Positions 9,765 to 18,763 of a stretch of 64,000 bases of DNA are shown piece by piece. Origin of the DNA: Ostreococcus lucimarinus (lineage: Eukaryota); assembly GCA_000092065.1 (NCBI GenBank), contig CP000600.1; one strand, written 5' to 3'. The translations under genes and the position numbers were made by a program. The notes under the pieces are model-generated. The model searched no databases. It was not told the DNA's origin and worked only from the letters and a program-made list of their open reading frames with translations. Numbering within the stretch: position 1 is the first letter of the stretch; each line of letters starts with the position of its first letter.

Positions 9765-10759
9765 CTAGGCAAGGTTACTCAGGGGAACCAGACTTTGAGG
9801 CGTGGTCGGCGCTCGACACAGCGGACACTCGGGCTTTTTGCTCGCCCACCCCGCGATGCAGCGCCAGCAAAAGACGTGACCGCACGGCGTCGCCGTCGGC
9901 GATTCGCGAGGCGAGAGGCAGAGCGCGCACTTGGCGGCGATCAAAGGCGACGTGGATTTCGATTTTCGAGACGCCGACGCGCCTTCGTCGACGGGATTAC
10001 CGAAGACGTCGAGCCGCGGCGATGCGACGATCGCGGCTTCGATCGCCGGCGAGCCGTCGGATTCGAGCACGCGCGCGCCGACGGACGGCGCCCCCGACGT
10101 CTCGCTCGACCCGCCCCCGCGCGCGAAGCTCGCGACGTTTTCGCACGTCACGACGGCGAGTTGAAACGCCACGAACACGCCTAACAGCGCGTAACTCGGC
10201 CGTTCCTCGCCCGCGTACGCCCCCGTGAACGCGCGTCTCGTCCCGCTCGCTCGGCAGCTCCAATCGTAATACTCCCCGTTCGCGTAAAACAGCGCCAAAT
10301 GCGCCGCGTTCGCGAACCCACCTCGCGCGTCGATCATCGCCTGCCCGTGCGACGTCGTCTCATCCCCCATCCCGCGCTCGACGCGTCGTCCCACGAGCGC
10401 CAGCGCCGTCCTCGCGCTCGCGTCCATCGCTCGCGTCGCCGCGCTCGTCTCCCCGCCCCCCAGCCCGACGCCGCGTTCGTGATTTCGCACCACGCACCCC
10501 CGCAGCTCGCGCGCGATCTCCTCGCCGAACGCATCGATCACGAACCGCGTCCAGAGCGCCCGCGCGCTCGATTTCCTTCCCCGCGCGTCCCCGCTCGCCA
10601 AGTCGCAGTACTCCTCGCCGAGCGTCGCGCGTCCGCTCAGGTACGTCAGCGCCGGGTACGCCGCCCGCCCGCACGCCCGCAGCGCGCGATTCCACCGCAC
10701 CGACAGTCGAGGTCCGAGCGCGCGCGCGCACGCGTCGTGCAGTCGCTCGGCCGTCGCCT

Positions 10760-10793
<34 letters not shown>

Positions 10794-10969
10794 TCGTCAG
10801 TCGTCAAAGTCGTTACGTCATCGCGTCGTCGCGTCGTCGCGTCGCGCGCGTCGTCGCGCGTCGCGCGCGCGTCCGGTGGACGCACCGCGGCGTGCGTCTC
10901 GTCCTTTTGCGCCGCGCGCACGACGTCGGGCCGCGCCGCGCGCGGGAATCCGCGCGAGCGCGTCGCCAT
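9765..10969 (-). CDS. PEX10: Peroxisome biogenesis factor 10 (RING-finger peroxin), 2 exons: complement(join(9765..10757,10886..10969))
   Basis: Exon 1 ([28 protein letters not shown]) matches the human PEX10 N-terminus (VIRAAQKDEYYRG). The minus-strand donor is GTGCGTCC, the branch ACTGACG sits about 36 nt before the acceptor CAG, and exon 2 continues [24 protein letters not shown]3HC4 RING ([39 protein letters not shown]). The ORF track 'start' at 10700 is a GTG inside exon 2. Confidence 0.7.
10758..10885 (-). other. PEX10 intron (128 nt) containing a (GCGTC)n microsatellite
   Basis: Minus-strand GTGCGT donor, (GACGC)n tract, ACTGACG branch (plus strand CGTCAGT at ~10795-10801), CAG acceptor. 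Confidence 0.6.
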
Positions 10970-11182
10970 GGATGCGTCCCGAAGTGCCGCGCCACGCGTC
11001 GACGCGCGCGCGTCGTCGCGCGCGCGTGCCACTCGCATATACGCGCGCGCGACGACGCGCGTCGCGCGGCATGGCGTCGACGGTCGAGCGCGTGGGACGC
11101 GCGCGCGCGCCGGTTCGGAAAACCATCCTCACGCATCCCGACGACGACGCCGACGCGCTCGCGCTCGGATGCGCGGTGCACG

Positions 11183-11273
11183 GTGCGTCGCGCCGCGTTT
11201 GAACGCGAACGGCGCGCGCGCGCGCGAGATCGGGGACTGACGCGACGCCGACGACGGCGCGACGCTTGAACAG
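11183..11273 (+). other. Candidate 5'-UTR intron (91 nt) upstream of the FKBP-like/TPR gene
   Basis: GTGCGTCG donor at 11183, GGACTGACGCG at 11234-11244, CAG acceptor at 11271-11273, 60 nt before the ATG at 11333. The two flanks cannot be joined into one frame with the CDS, so if real it is non-coding. Confidence 0.3.
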
Positions 11274-11332
11274 CGCACTTTTCGCTTCGCGACGCGACGA
11301 CGGGCGAGACGCTGCGCGACACGAGGGAAGAC

Positions 11333-12232
11333 ATGGAACCGATTCAGTTCACGCTGAGCGCGCGGACGGGCATCGCGGACGAGGAGGGAAGGACGCGCGA
11401 CGGCCCGGCGCGCGTGGAGGCGCTGGACGCGTGCGCGATGACGATGCGAGTGGGCGAGCGGGCGACGTTTGAGTGCGGGGCGGCGCTGGCGTACGGGAAG
11501 GAGGGGAACTTTTCGTTCCCGGCGGTGGGGAAAGACAGGGCGGTGGTGTTGGATTTGGAGATATTGGGCGCGCGGGGGAGCGCGGCGGCGCCGGAGATGC
11601 GACAGAGGGACATGACGTACGAGCAACGGGTGGAGCGCGTGCGCGCGCATCGATCGAACGGGAACGCGGCGTTCGCGGGGGGGCGCGCGCGCGAGGCCGT
11701 GCGCGAATACTCGATGGCGTTGACGTACTTGACGGAAGATTTTATGATGCAGTTGTTCGATAAGTACGAGGTCGAGGCGCACGAGGAGTTCGTCGCCGCG
11801 CACGGGAATTTGGCGGCGGCGTATTTGCGATTGGGCGCGTTCGAAGACGCGGTGACGCACGTCGGGTACGTCTTGAAGGTGGACGAGAACAACGCAAAGG
11901 CGTATTACAGGCGCGGTAAGGCGCGAGCGGGTTTAGGGCAGGAGGACGCCGCGAGAGAAGATTTTTTAAAGGCTAAGAAAATTACCGAAGCCGCGGGCCT
12001 CGTCGACGCGAACGTCGTCAAGGCGTTGCGAGAGATCGACGCGGCGATTCGTGATCGCGAGCGGGCGACATCGGCGGCGTTCAAGGGTATTTTCAATACG
12101 AAAACGGACGGTGGCGACGCATCGTCGAATGCCGACGCGAACGTCGCGCGAAAACCGCCGGATGGTGGCGGTTCGTTCATCTCTCGCGCAGTCGCGTCAT
12201 TATTTGGAAAATCGAGGCGCGAGGGGCCGTGA
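11333..12232 (+). CDS. FKBP-like PPIase domain plus TPR-repeat co-chaperone (AIP/FKBP-like family)
   Basis: N-terminal FKBP-like fold (MRVGERATFECGAALAYG..DRAVVLDLEILG). C-terminal TPRs (NGNAAFAGGRAREAVREYSMALTYL..AAHGNLAAAYLRLGAFEDAVTHVGYVLKVDENNAKAYYRRGKARAGLGQEDAAREDF). The ATG at 11333 has a good context (aagacATGG). Confidence 0.55.
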   Translation: MEPIQFTLSARTGIADEEGRTRDGPARVEALDACAMTMRVGERATFECGAALAYGKEGNFSFPAVGKDRAVVLDLEILGARGSAAAPEMRQRDMTYEQRVERVRAHRSNGNAAFAGGRAREAVREYSMALTYLTEDFMMQLFDKYEVEAHEEFVAAHGNLAAAYLRLGAFEDAVTHVGYVLKVDENNAKAYYRRGKARAGLGQEDAAREDFLKAKKITEAAGLVDANVVKALREIDAAIRDRERATSAAFKGIFNTKTDGGDASSNADANVARKPPDGGGSFISRAVASLFGKSRREGP

Positions 12233-12259
12233 GCGCGACACCTCGACGCGTGAAGCAGC

Positions 12260-14218
12260 ATGTCGGAAGAACCGAAAGAAATCACAGGCGCCACTGCGCT
12301 CTGCAAAGTCGCCGCGGCCGGAGGCGTCGAGGTGTGCTTCGCTAATCCCGGGACTTCAGAGATGCACGTCGTCGGCGCGCTGGCCGAGTGCGCGGATATT
12401 CGCAGCGTCCTCGTTCTCCACGAAAACGTCGCCACGGGCGCGGCGGACGGGTACTCTCGCGTCAAGCGCGACGTCAACCGCGATCGAAACGCGATGGCGA
12501 TGACTCTTTTGCATCTCGCCCCTGGCTTGATGAACGGACTTTCGAACTTGCACAACGCGAGCCGCGGCCGGAGCTCCATTCTCAACGTCGTCGGCGAGAT
12601 GAGCACGTTTCATCGAGGTAACGAAGCCCTGTTGGAGAACGATATCGAGTCGCTCGCGCGGACGGTGTCGACGAAATACGTGCACACGAGTGCGGCGGTG
12701 GATGCGATCGCGAGTGATGCTGCGGACGCGATCGAAGCGGCGCTTCGACACCGCGGCGTTGCCACGCAAATCGTGCCGCACGATTTGACTTGGTCTCGCG
12801 TGTTGGACAGTGGCAGACTGAGCGACGCCATCGCGCGCGCCGAAAACGTTCGCAATAGAAGAGACGGCGCCGAAGACGTGGTCGTCACTGATGCCGTTCG
12901 CGCTTTTCTGCGTGAAATGCTCGCTCGCGCGAAACCGTTGGCGCGCGGCGAAGTTCTCTTTTACATCGGAGGCGATGCGTGCGGCGAGGAAGAACTGCGG
13001 ATCGTCGGCGACGTCGCGGAAGCGCTCGGTGCGGACGTGGTGTGTGAGTGCTTCTTTTCTTGCATCGAACGCGGTGGCGATATGCCCAAAGTGCAGCGCG
13101 CGCCTTACTTTCCGAAAGACGCGGCGAACGCGTTCGCCAAGTACAAAGTCGTCATTTTTCTCGACGTGCCGCGACCGCCAACGGCGATGTTCGGCTACCG
13201 CGATTCTCCGACGAAGTTGTTCGCACAGAACGACGACGACATGTGGTTTGTCGATCCTCCCGGAAACGCGATGATGCTTGACGTCTTGCGCGCGCTCGCG
13301 ATGGAAGTGAATATCGGCGTTCAATGCGCGCCGAAGATGTCAGACGTCGCCGCCGTCGTTGAGCACGTCGTTTCCGAAGCGCTCGCGAAATCGGTCGAGG
13401 ACAAGGAGGATAGTTTGTGGAACTACGGGATGACGAGCACGAAGGCAGTGAGCGTGCACGACAAACTGTGCAAAGAGTTCGACATCAAGTTACAATCGAC
13501 GATTGTGTTCAATCACAATTCGATCAACGCGCTCACGAACGCCGTCGCGACAAAGCTCGGCATCGCAGACGAATCACCGAAGACTGCGATCGCACCGAAG
13601 GACGTAGACGCCAGCCCAAAGTCCACGCTCGAGGGTGAATACGTCCAAGTGCGATGCGATTCACCGACGGGCGCCTTGAACGGTGCCAAGGTGTGTCGAA
13701 TCATAGCCGGCATGCAACCAGCCGGCGCGATCGTCGTGGACGAATCGCTCACCTCTGGATCGACGTACTGGAAGGACAGCGAATCGTCGGCGCGTTTTAC
13801 GCACATGACGCTCACCGGCGGTTCCATCGGTTTCGCGAACGCCGCGGCGGTCGGGGTCGCTTTGGCCGCGCCCGAGAGACAAACGATCGCGCTCGTCGGC
13901 GACGGTTCGGCTCAATACACCGTCCAGGCCCTTTGGACGCAGGCGCGCGAGAAACTCAACGTCGTCACCGTGATCATGAACAACTCCAAGTATCAAATTC
14001 TCCGCGTCGAGTGCGCTATCCAGGGCGTTCGCGCGTCCGGAGGCGCGTGCGACTCGCTCACGAAACTCGACGACCCCTCGATCGACTGGTGCAAACTCGC
14101 CGAAGGGTACGGTGTTCGCGGCGTCCGCACCACTACCTGCGAGGAGTTTGCAGACGCGTTCGCGCGCGCGCTCGACGCCGACGGTCCGACGCTTATCGAT
14201 GCTGTTTTAGAGGCGTGA
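12260..14218 (+). CDS. Thiamine-pyrophosphate enzyme of the acetolactate-synthase family with an embedded acyl/peptidyl-carrier-protein-like insertion
   Basis: The N-terminal Pyr domain (VCFANPGTSEMHVVGALAE..ATGAADGYSRV), the central domain and the C-terminal PP domain (LTGGSIGFANAAAVGVALAAP..ALVGDGSAQYT..VIMNNSKYQI) are canonical. About 110 extra residues lie between the central and PP domains. They contain DSLWNYGMTSTKAVSVHDKLCKEFDIKLQSTIVFNHNSINALTNAV, matching the PP-binding consensus (GxDS..lfehPTi..La). Confidence 0.7.
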   Translation: MSEEPKEITGATALCKVAAAGGVEVCFANPGTSEMHVVGALAECADIRSVLVLHENVATGAADGYSRVKRDVNRDRNAMAMTLLHLAPGLMNGLSNLHNASRGRSSILNVVGEMSTFHRGNEALLENDIESLARTVSTKYVHTSAAVDAIASDAADAIEAALRHRGVATQIVPHDLTWSRVLDSGRLSDAIARAENVRNRRDGAEDVVVTDAVRAFLREMLARAKPLARGEVLFYIGGDACGEEELRIVGDVAEALGADVVCECFFSCIERGGDMPKVQRAPYFPKDAANAFAKYKVVIFLDVPRPPTAMFGYRDSPTKLFAQNDDDMWFVDPPGNAMMLDVLRALAMEVNIGVQCAPKMSDVAAVVEHVVSEALAKSVEDKEDSLWNYGMTSTKAVSVHDKLCKEFDIKLQSTIVFNHNSINALTNAVATKLGIADESPKTAIAPKDVDASPKSTLEGEYVQVRCDSPTGALNGAKVCRIIAGMQPAGAIVVDESLTSGSTYWKDSESSARFTHMTLTGGSIGFANAAAVGVALAAPERQTIALVGDGSAQYTVQALWTQAREKLNVVTVIMNNSKYQILRVECAIQGVRASGGACDSLTKLDDPSIDWCKLAEGYGVRGVRTTTCEEFADAFARALDADGPTLIDAVLEA

Positions 14219-14267
14219 GTTCTAGAATCGCTCGCTCGCTCACGTACATTTCATGTTCATTTTACAA

Positions 14268-15572
14268 TCAACTCTCCGTCTCAACGTGCGCCAACGCCGC
14301 GGCTCTTCGCTCTTCCGTCAACGCGTGCGAGGCAAACTTTTTGTGTCGCGAGAGCGCGTCGCTTTCTTCTCGCACGCGCGCGTCTAGAACGCTCACCGCG
14401 CGCAGTCCCCGCTTCAACGCCTCTGCGATGTCTTCGATCGTCGCCGACGATTCGTCGCCCTCCGAGAAACGCACGACGCCGTCGACGCCGTCGATGCGCG
14501 CGGCTATTTCGCCTCGCACAATCATACCGTACAACACTCTTTCCGCGGCTTCGACGTCTGAGAACCCGATCGCGCTCGCGAAATCCCCCAAGCGAAGCGT
14601 CGAGTACGTCTTCGCGAGCGAACGCGCTTTCGCCGCGACGGCTCGATCGCGCACGAGCGCGACCAATCCGGCGTTTCCGTCGAGCTCGTACGTCGCCTCG
14701 TGTCGCTCGACGACGTCGGCCAGCTCCTTCGCGGCGTCGCGTTTCTTCGCAGCCGCGAGCAGCGACGCGTACGCGTCGCACTCGCGCGACGTGGAGTACT
14801 TCTTCGCCGGCGACGAGAACGTCGACGCGTCGGCGACGGCGTCCGCCAACAGCGTCGCCAGCGCGTACTTTTTATACGCCGCCACCGCGATGGCGCTGAG
14901 CGCCGTCGCGGGCGCGCTCAGCGCGTCTTGAAACCACCGCGCGGCTTCGGGATATCGTCGCAACGCCAAGAGCGCGCGACCGCCGTAGTAGCACCGCAGC
15001 AAAAAGTCCGTCGCGTCCAGCGCCGGGGCGACGTCCATCGCCGGCGCGGCGAGAATCCCATCGCTCGCCGCGAGCGCGTCGTACGCCTTCAGCTTCAAGC
15101 ACACTCGCAAGTAACACGCATCCTGCGGCGTGATCACCGCCTCGCTCTGCGCGCGCGCCATCGCGACGTCGCGCGCGCGTCCGAGCGCCTCCGCCACCGT
15201 CCGCCCGTCCGCCCCGCGCGCGCGCCCTCGACACCAAAGCTCGCTCAAACCGCGACACACGTCCGCGAAATCCCACGCGTCGTCGTCTTCGCCCTCGCCC
15301 TCCTCGATCGACGCCTCGACGCACGCGCGCACCGCGCGCGCCGCGAATGCCTCGTCGTCCGCCTCGTCGTCCTCGTCGCCCCGTCCCTCTCGCGCCCTCC
15401 CCACCGCCTCCCGCGCGTACGCCGCGAGCGCCGCGCGCGCGAACCCACGCCTCTCTACCTCCGTCGCGCCCTCCAGCTCGCTCGCGTCGTCCACGAACGT
15501 CCGCCACCGCGTCGCCGCGTCGCCGCGTCTCTTCTCGCCGCGTCCCATCGCGTCCCGCGTCCACGCGTCCAT
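14268..15572 (-). CDS. COPS3: COP9 signalosome complex subunit 3 (PCI domain)
   Basis: The stretch CYYGGRALLALRRYPEA..AYKKYALATLL..KKYSTS..LAKTYSTLRLGDFASAIGF..VLYGMIVRGEIAARIDGVDGVVRF aligns to human CSN3 ([66 protein letters not shown]). The first plausible ATG is at 15570-15572. The ORF track extends further to an upstream Met at 15815. Confidence 0.75.
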   Translation of the reverse strand: MDAWTRDAMGRGEKRRGDAATRWRTFVDDASELEGATEVERRGFARAALAAYAREAVGRAREGRGDEDDEADDEAFAARAVRACVEASIEEGEGEDDDAWDFADVCRGLSELWCRGRARGADGRTVAEALGRARDVAMARAQSEAVITPQDACYLRVCLKLKAYDALAASDGILAAPAMDVAPALDATDFLLRCYYGGRALLALRRYPEAARWFQDALSAPATALSAIAVAAYKKYALATLLADAVADASTFSSPAKKYSTSRECDAYASLLAAAKKRDAAKELADVVERHEATYELDGNAGLVALVRDRAVAAKARSLAKTYSTLRLGDFASAIGFSDVEAAERVLYGMIVRGEIAARIDGVDGVVRFSEGDESSATIEDIAEALKRGLRAVSVLDARVREESDALSRHKKFASHALTEERRAAALAHVETES

Positions 15573-15907
15573 CGCCCCTCGCGCTCTCGCGCGCGCCGCC
15601 GAGCGCCCGCGCGGTTCCCTCGTCGCGTGCCTCGACGACCGTCGTCGTCGCGGCGCGTGCGCGAGCGTCGCGCTCGCCGTCGACGCGCGGTGTCGCGCGT
15701 CGTCGTCGCGCGCGCCGTCCGACCGCGACGACGTCGTCGGCGTCTGAATCGTCGTCGCGTCGCGCGCGCGCGTCGACGCGCGCGCGCGTCGACGCGCCTC
15801 CAGCGCCGCGCGCATCGCGTCGCGTCGTCGACGTCGACGGGGCGTCGCGTCGTCGCGCGACGCGCGATGACGAACGATCGATGCGTGGACGGTGGTCGAC
15901 GCCGACG

Positions 15908-15928
15908 CCCTAAACCCTAAACCCTAAA
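15908..15928. repeat. Interstitial telomere-type repeat (CCCTAAA)3, i.e. a telo-box-like element, in the divergent spacer between CSN3 and the glutaredoxin-like gene
   Basis: gCCCTAAACCCTAAACCCTAAAaaa, the reverse complement of the plant-type telomere unit TTTAGGG. It lies about 340 nt from each flanking ATG. Confidence 0.8.
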
Positions 15929-16004
15929 AAATTTAGGATACTTCACTCAAGGAGAGCTTTTAGATGATATATTCATCAAAGCACCACGATCTCATCCGCG
16001 CGCC

Positions 16005-16211
16005 AATCGGCGAATCGGTTTCGTGTTACGGGTCCGACGCCGTGACGGCGACGACGTGCGTGGCGCGAAATTAGGGGAAATTGCGCGCGCACGACGAAAA
16101 AATTAGTGACCATCGTCACCGACCTCAACACAAACGTGCGGTCGAACCGCCGTCGCGCGCGCGCGAATCGGCGAATCGGTTTCGTGTTACGGGTCCGACG
16201 CGTGACGTCAC
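16005..16211. repeat. Two copies of a ~45-bp direct repeat (AATCGGCGAATCGGTTTCGTGTTACGGGTCCGACGC..GTGACG) about 160 bp apart in the glutaredoxin-like gene promoter. Copy 2 ends in the palindrome GTGACGTCAC (CRE/C-box-like).
   Basis: Copy 1 at ~16005-16050, copy 2 at ~16166-16211. A 36-nt stretch is identical between them. An inverted repeat GTGACcatcGTCAC and an AT-rich TATA-like GATATATTC lie between and upstream. Confidence 0.7.
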
Positions 16212-16251
16212 GACACATCTACACATCTCGACGACGACGACGACGACGACG

Positions 16252-16400
16252 ATGGCGATGGCGATGGCGATGGCGACGGCGACGCGCTCGACGGCGACGA
16301 TGGCGAGGACGACGCGCGCGATGGCGGCGACGGCGCGCGCGGGGCGCGGCGCGCGGGCGTCCGGCGCGCGCGCGGTGAAGATGCCGATGAAGATGACGAA

Positions 16401-16436
<36 letters not shown>

Positions 16437-17427
16437 GGCCGTGCGCGAGGACGACGAGGACGCGTCGAGCGAACCGGAGATCGTCGAACCGAGCGCGATG
16501 CGCGAACCGACGACGACGACGACGACGCCGGACGCGACGTCGGAGGTGATTCGCGTCGAGACGCGCGCGGAGGGCGAATACGAGCTGCGGCAGACGACGA
16601 CGCCGAAGAGATTCGCGGTGGCGGACGGCGAGCTTCTGAACGTGGCGACGGCGGCGGCGCCGATCGCGCTGCGATGGACGAGCGGATTGATGTGTCACGG
16701 GTACGAGGCGAAGGTCGTGGACGGCGAGGTCGGCGAGGGCGAGTACGCGGTGTGGTCGGGGAGCGGGAAGGCGGTGCGGGAGACGTCGGACGTCGCGAAG
16801 TTCCCTCGCCCGGAGAAGCCGCTGAAGATGTACCAGTTTCAGGGATGTCCGTTTTGTAAGAAGGTTCGCGAGGCGGTGATTTCGTTGGATTTGGACGTGA
16901 TTTACTACCCGTGCCCGAGAGACGGGCCGGAATATCGCGAATTCGTGCGCGCCGAGGGCGGACGCGCGCAGTTTCCGTATCTCGTCGACGACAACACCGG
17001 GACGAAAATGTACGAAAGCGACGACATCATCGCGTACATGTACGAAAAATACGGACCGGGCAAGGCAAACATCGGTCCGGCGTTGACGAGCGGAACGCTG
17101 ACCTCCGTCACGGCGGGTTTGGCGCTGTTGCCGAGACTCGGGAAAGGGTCGGCGTACGCGCCGTCGAAGAAGCCGGAAAACATGCAACCGATCGTGTTTT
17201 ACGGCTACGAGGGTAGTCCGTTTTGCGTTTTAGTGGCGGAAAAGTTGTGCGAGTTGGAGCTGCCTTACCTGCAGCGGTCGTGCGGACGAGGCTCGCCCAA
17301 GCGTCAAGAGTTGTTCGACAAGCGCGGCACGTTTCAAGTGCCGTACATCGAGGACCCCAACACCGGCATCGCCATGTTCGAATCGAAGGACATCGTCAAC
17401 TACTTACAAGAGCAGTACGCGGCGTAA
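16252..17427 (+). CDS. Thioredoxin-fold protein with two glutaredoxin/GST-N-like domains (CPFC active sites), probably plastid-targeted
   Basis: Two repeats of xYxFxGCPFCKKV..D..Y and VFYGYEGSPFCVLV..PY..DPNTG..ESKDIV.YL. The N-terminus (MAMAMAMATATRSTATMARTTRA..) is transit-like. Poly-Thr runs are encoded by (ACG)n. Confidence 0.6.
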
Positions 17428-17539
17428 CGACTTTCCGCCGCTCGAGAGAGAACGAACACACTTGTAACGAATACGCAGCAACGATTTTTTTAGTGTAGAC
17501 GCGATACGCGCTGTGTGGATATTAAATTCCAGATTTTTA

Positions 17540-18724
17540 TCAACGCTTCGAGTACGTCGGCGGGTTGCCCTGCGTGACGCGACAATACTTCAGTAACTGC
17601 GCCTCGATGTTTTGCCCCGGCCGCGCCTGGCCTTTCAAATACGGATCGAGCTCGCTCAGCGTCCATCGCGGTTTCACCGCCCAGAGCGCGGCGAATCGAT
17701 CGCCCGGCTCCCTCGGTAAATCGCTCGCGATGAGCGTGCGCACGAACGCCTCCGCCGCGCGCTCGGGTCGATCGATGAGCGCCAAGCCCGAGAGATACTC
17801 TTCCTTGGCCTCGACGTGCCCGAGATTGAACTCGCTCAGCTTTTCGCGCCACTGGTCCATCATTTCCACCAGACGCCACGCCTTCAATCCAGCGCCGTCG
17901 CGCAGCACGCGCTGCGCCAACGCTCGACACACGGCTTCTTCGTCTAGCGCCCACGTGGCGTCGACATCGTGTTTCGTCGCGAACGCGTGAAGCGTGTTTC
18001 TCGCCATCTCCGGCGCGAACCCGTCGCTCGCCATCGCGTCCACGACGGCGTCCGTCGGCAACGCGCTCGTCGACCATCCGTTCCCGAACGCGCTCGCCGT
18101 CATCATCGCCAACGCATGTAACCTGTACTCCGCGTCCACGCCGCGCCACTTCCCATCGATCTCGATGGCGACGATTTCCTCTTGCAAGCACTTTAAAATC
18201 TCCAACTCGCTCGCCTGCACGCGCGCGTTCAACTCGTCGAACCCGAATCCCACGCCCTCGCCCTCGCCCTCGTCCGCGTCCATCGCCTCCGCCGTCCCGG
18301 CGTACGCCACGCTCGCCATCATCTCTCGCAACCGATCCAACCGCGGCGCGATCTCCGTCAAATCCAAATGCGAGCTCGTCTGCGCTCGAACCGTCGCGCG
18401 CCGCGGCCCGTCCTCCTCCTCCTCCATCGCCTCCGTCTCGTCCTCCTCGCCCCCCAACGCCGGTCCGACGATCAGGCACTGATTCGACGATTCCACGCGC
18501 GTCACCTGATACGTCTTCGACCGCGTGCACACCACGGCGACGTCGTCGGGCTCGCCCTTGAACGCGATGACGCCGTCGTTTGAAAGAATCTCGCTCAAGA
18601 TTTCCTCGTCAACCTCCAGCAGCTCGACGCGTTCGCTCGCGTAGTCGGCGCCGCGGACGAGATCGAACTCTTCGCCGTCCTCCGCGACGAAGGCGCCGTT
18701 CGCGACGGCGTCGCGGCGCGACAT
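17540..18724 (-). CDS. DSCC1: Sister chromatid cohesion protein DCC1 (Ctf18-RFC subunit)
   Basis: KTYQVTRVESSNQCLIVGP and LSGLALIDRPERAAEAFVRTLIASDLPREPGDRFAALWAVKPRWTLSELDPYLKG parallel human DSCC1 (KTYDLKIADTSNMLLFIPG; LKGLALVDRHSRPEIIFLLKVDDLPEDNQERFNSLFSLREKWTEEDIAPYIQD). Confidence 0.7.
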   Translation of the reverse strand: MSRRDAVANGAFVAEDGEEFDLVRGADYASERVELLEVDEEILSEILSNDGVIAFKGEPDDVAVVCTRSKTYQVTRVESSNQCLIVGPALGGEEDETEAMEEEEDGPRRATVRAQTSSHLDLTEIAPRLDRLREMMASVAYAGTAEAMDADEGEGEGVGFGFDELNARVQASELEILKCLQEEIVAIEIDGKWRGVDAEYRLHALAMMTASAFGNGWSTSALPTDAVVDAMASDGFAPEMARNTLHAFATKHDVDATWALDEEAVCRALAQRVLRDGAGLKAWRLVEMMDQWREKLSEFNLGHVEAKEEYLSGLALIDRPERAAEAFVRTLIASDLPREPGDRFAALWAVKPRWTLSELDPYLKGQARPGQNIEAQLLKYCRVTQGNPPTYSKR

Positions 18725-18763
18725 GGGTCGAGAAATGGCGTCAGAGCGCGACGCGCGGTCGAC

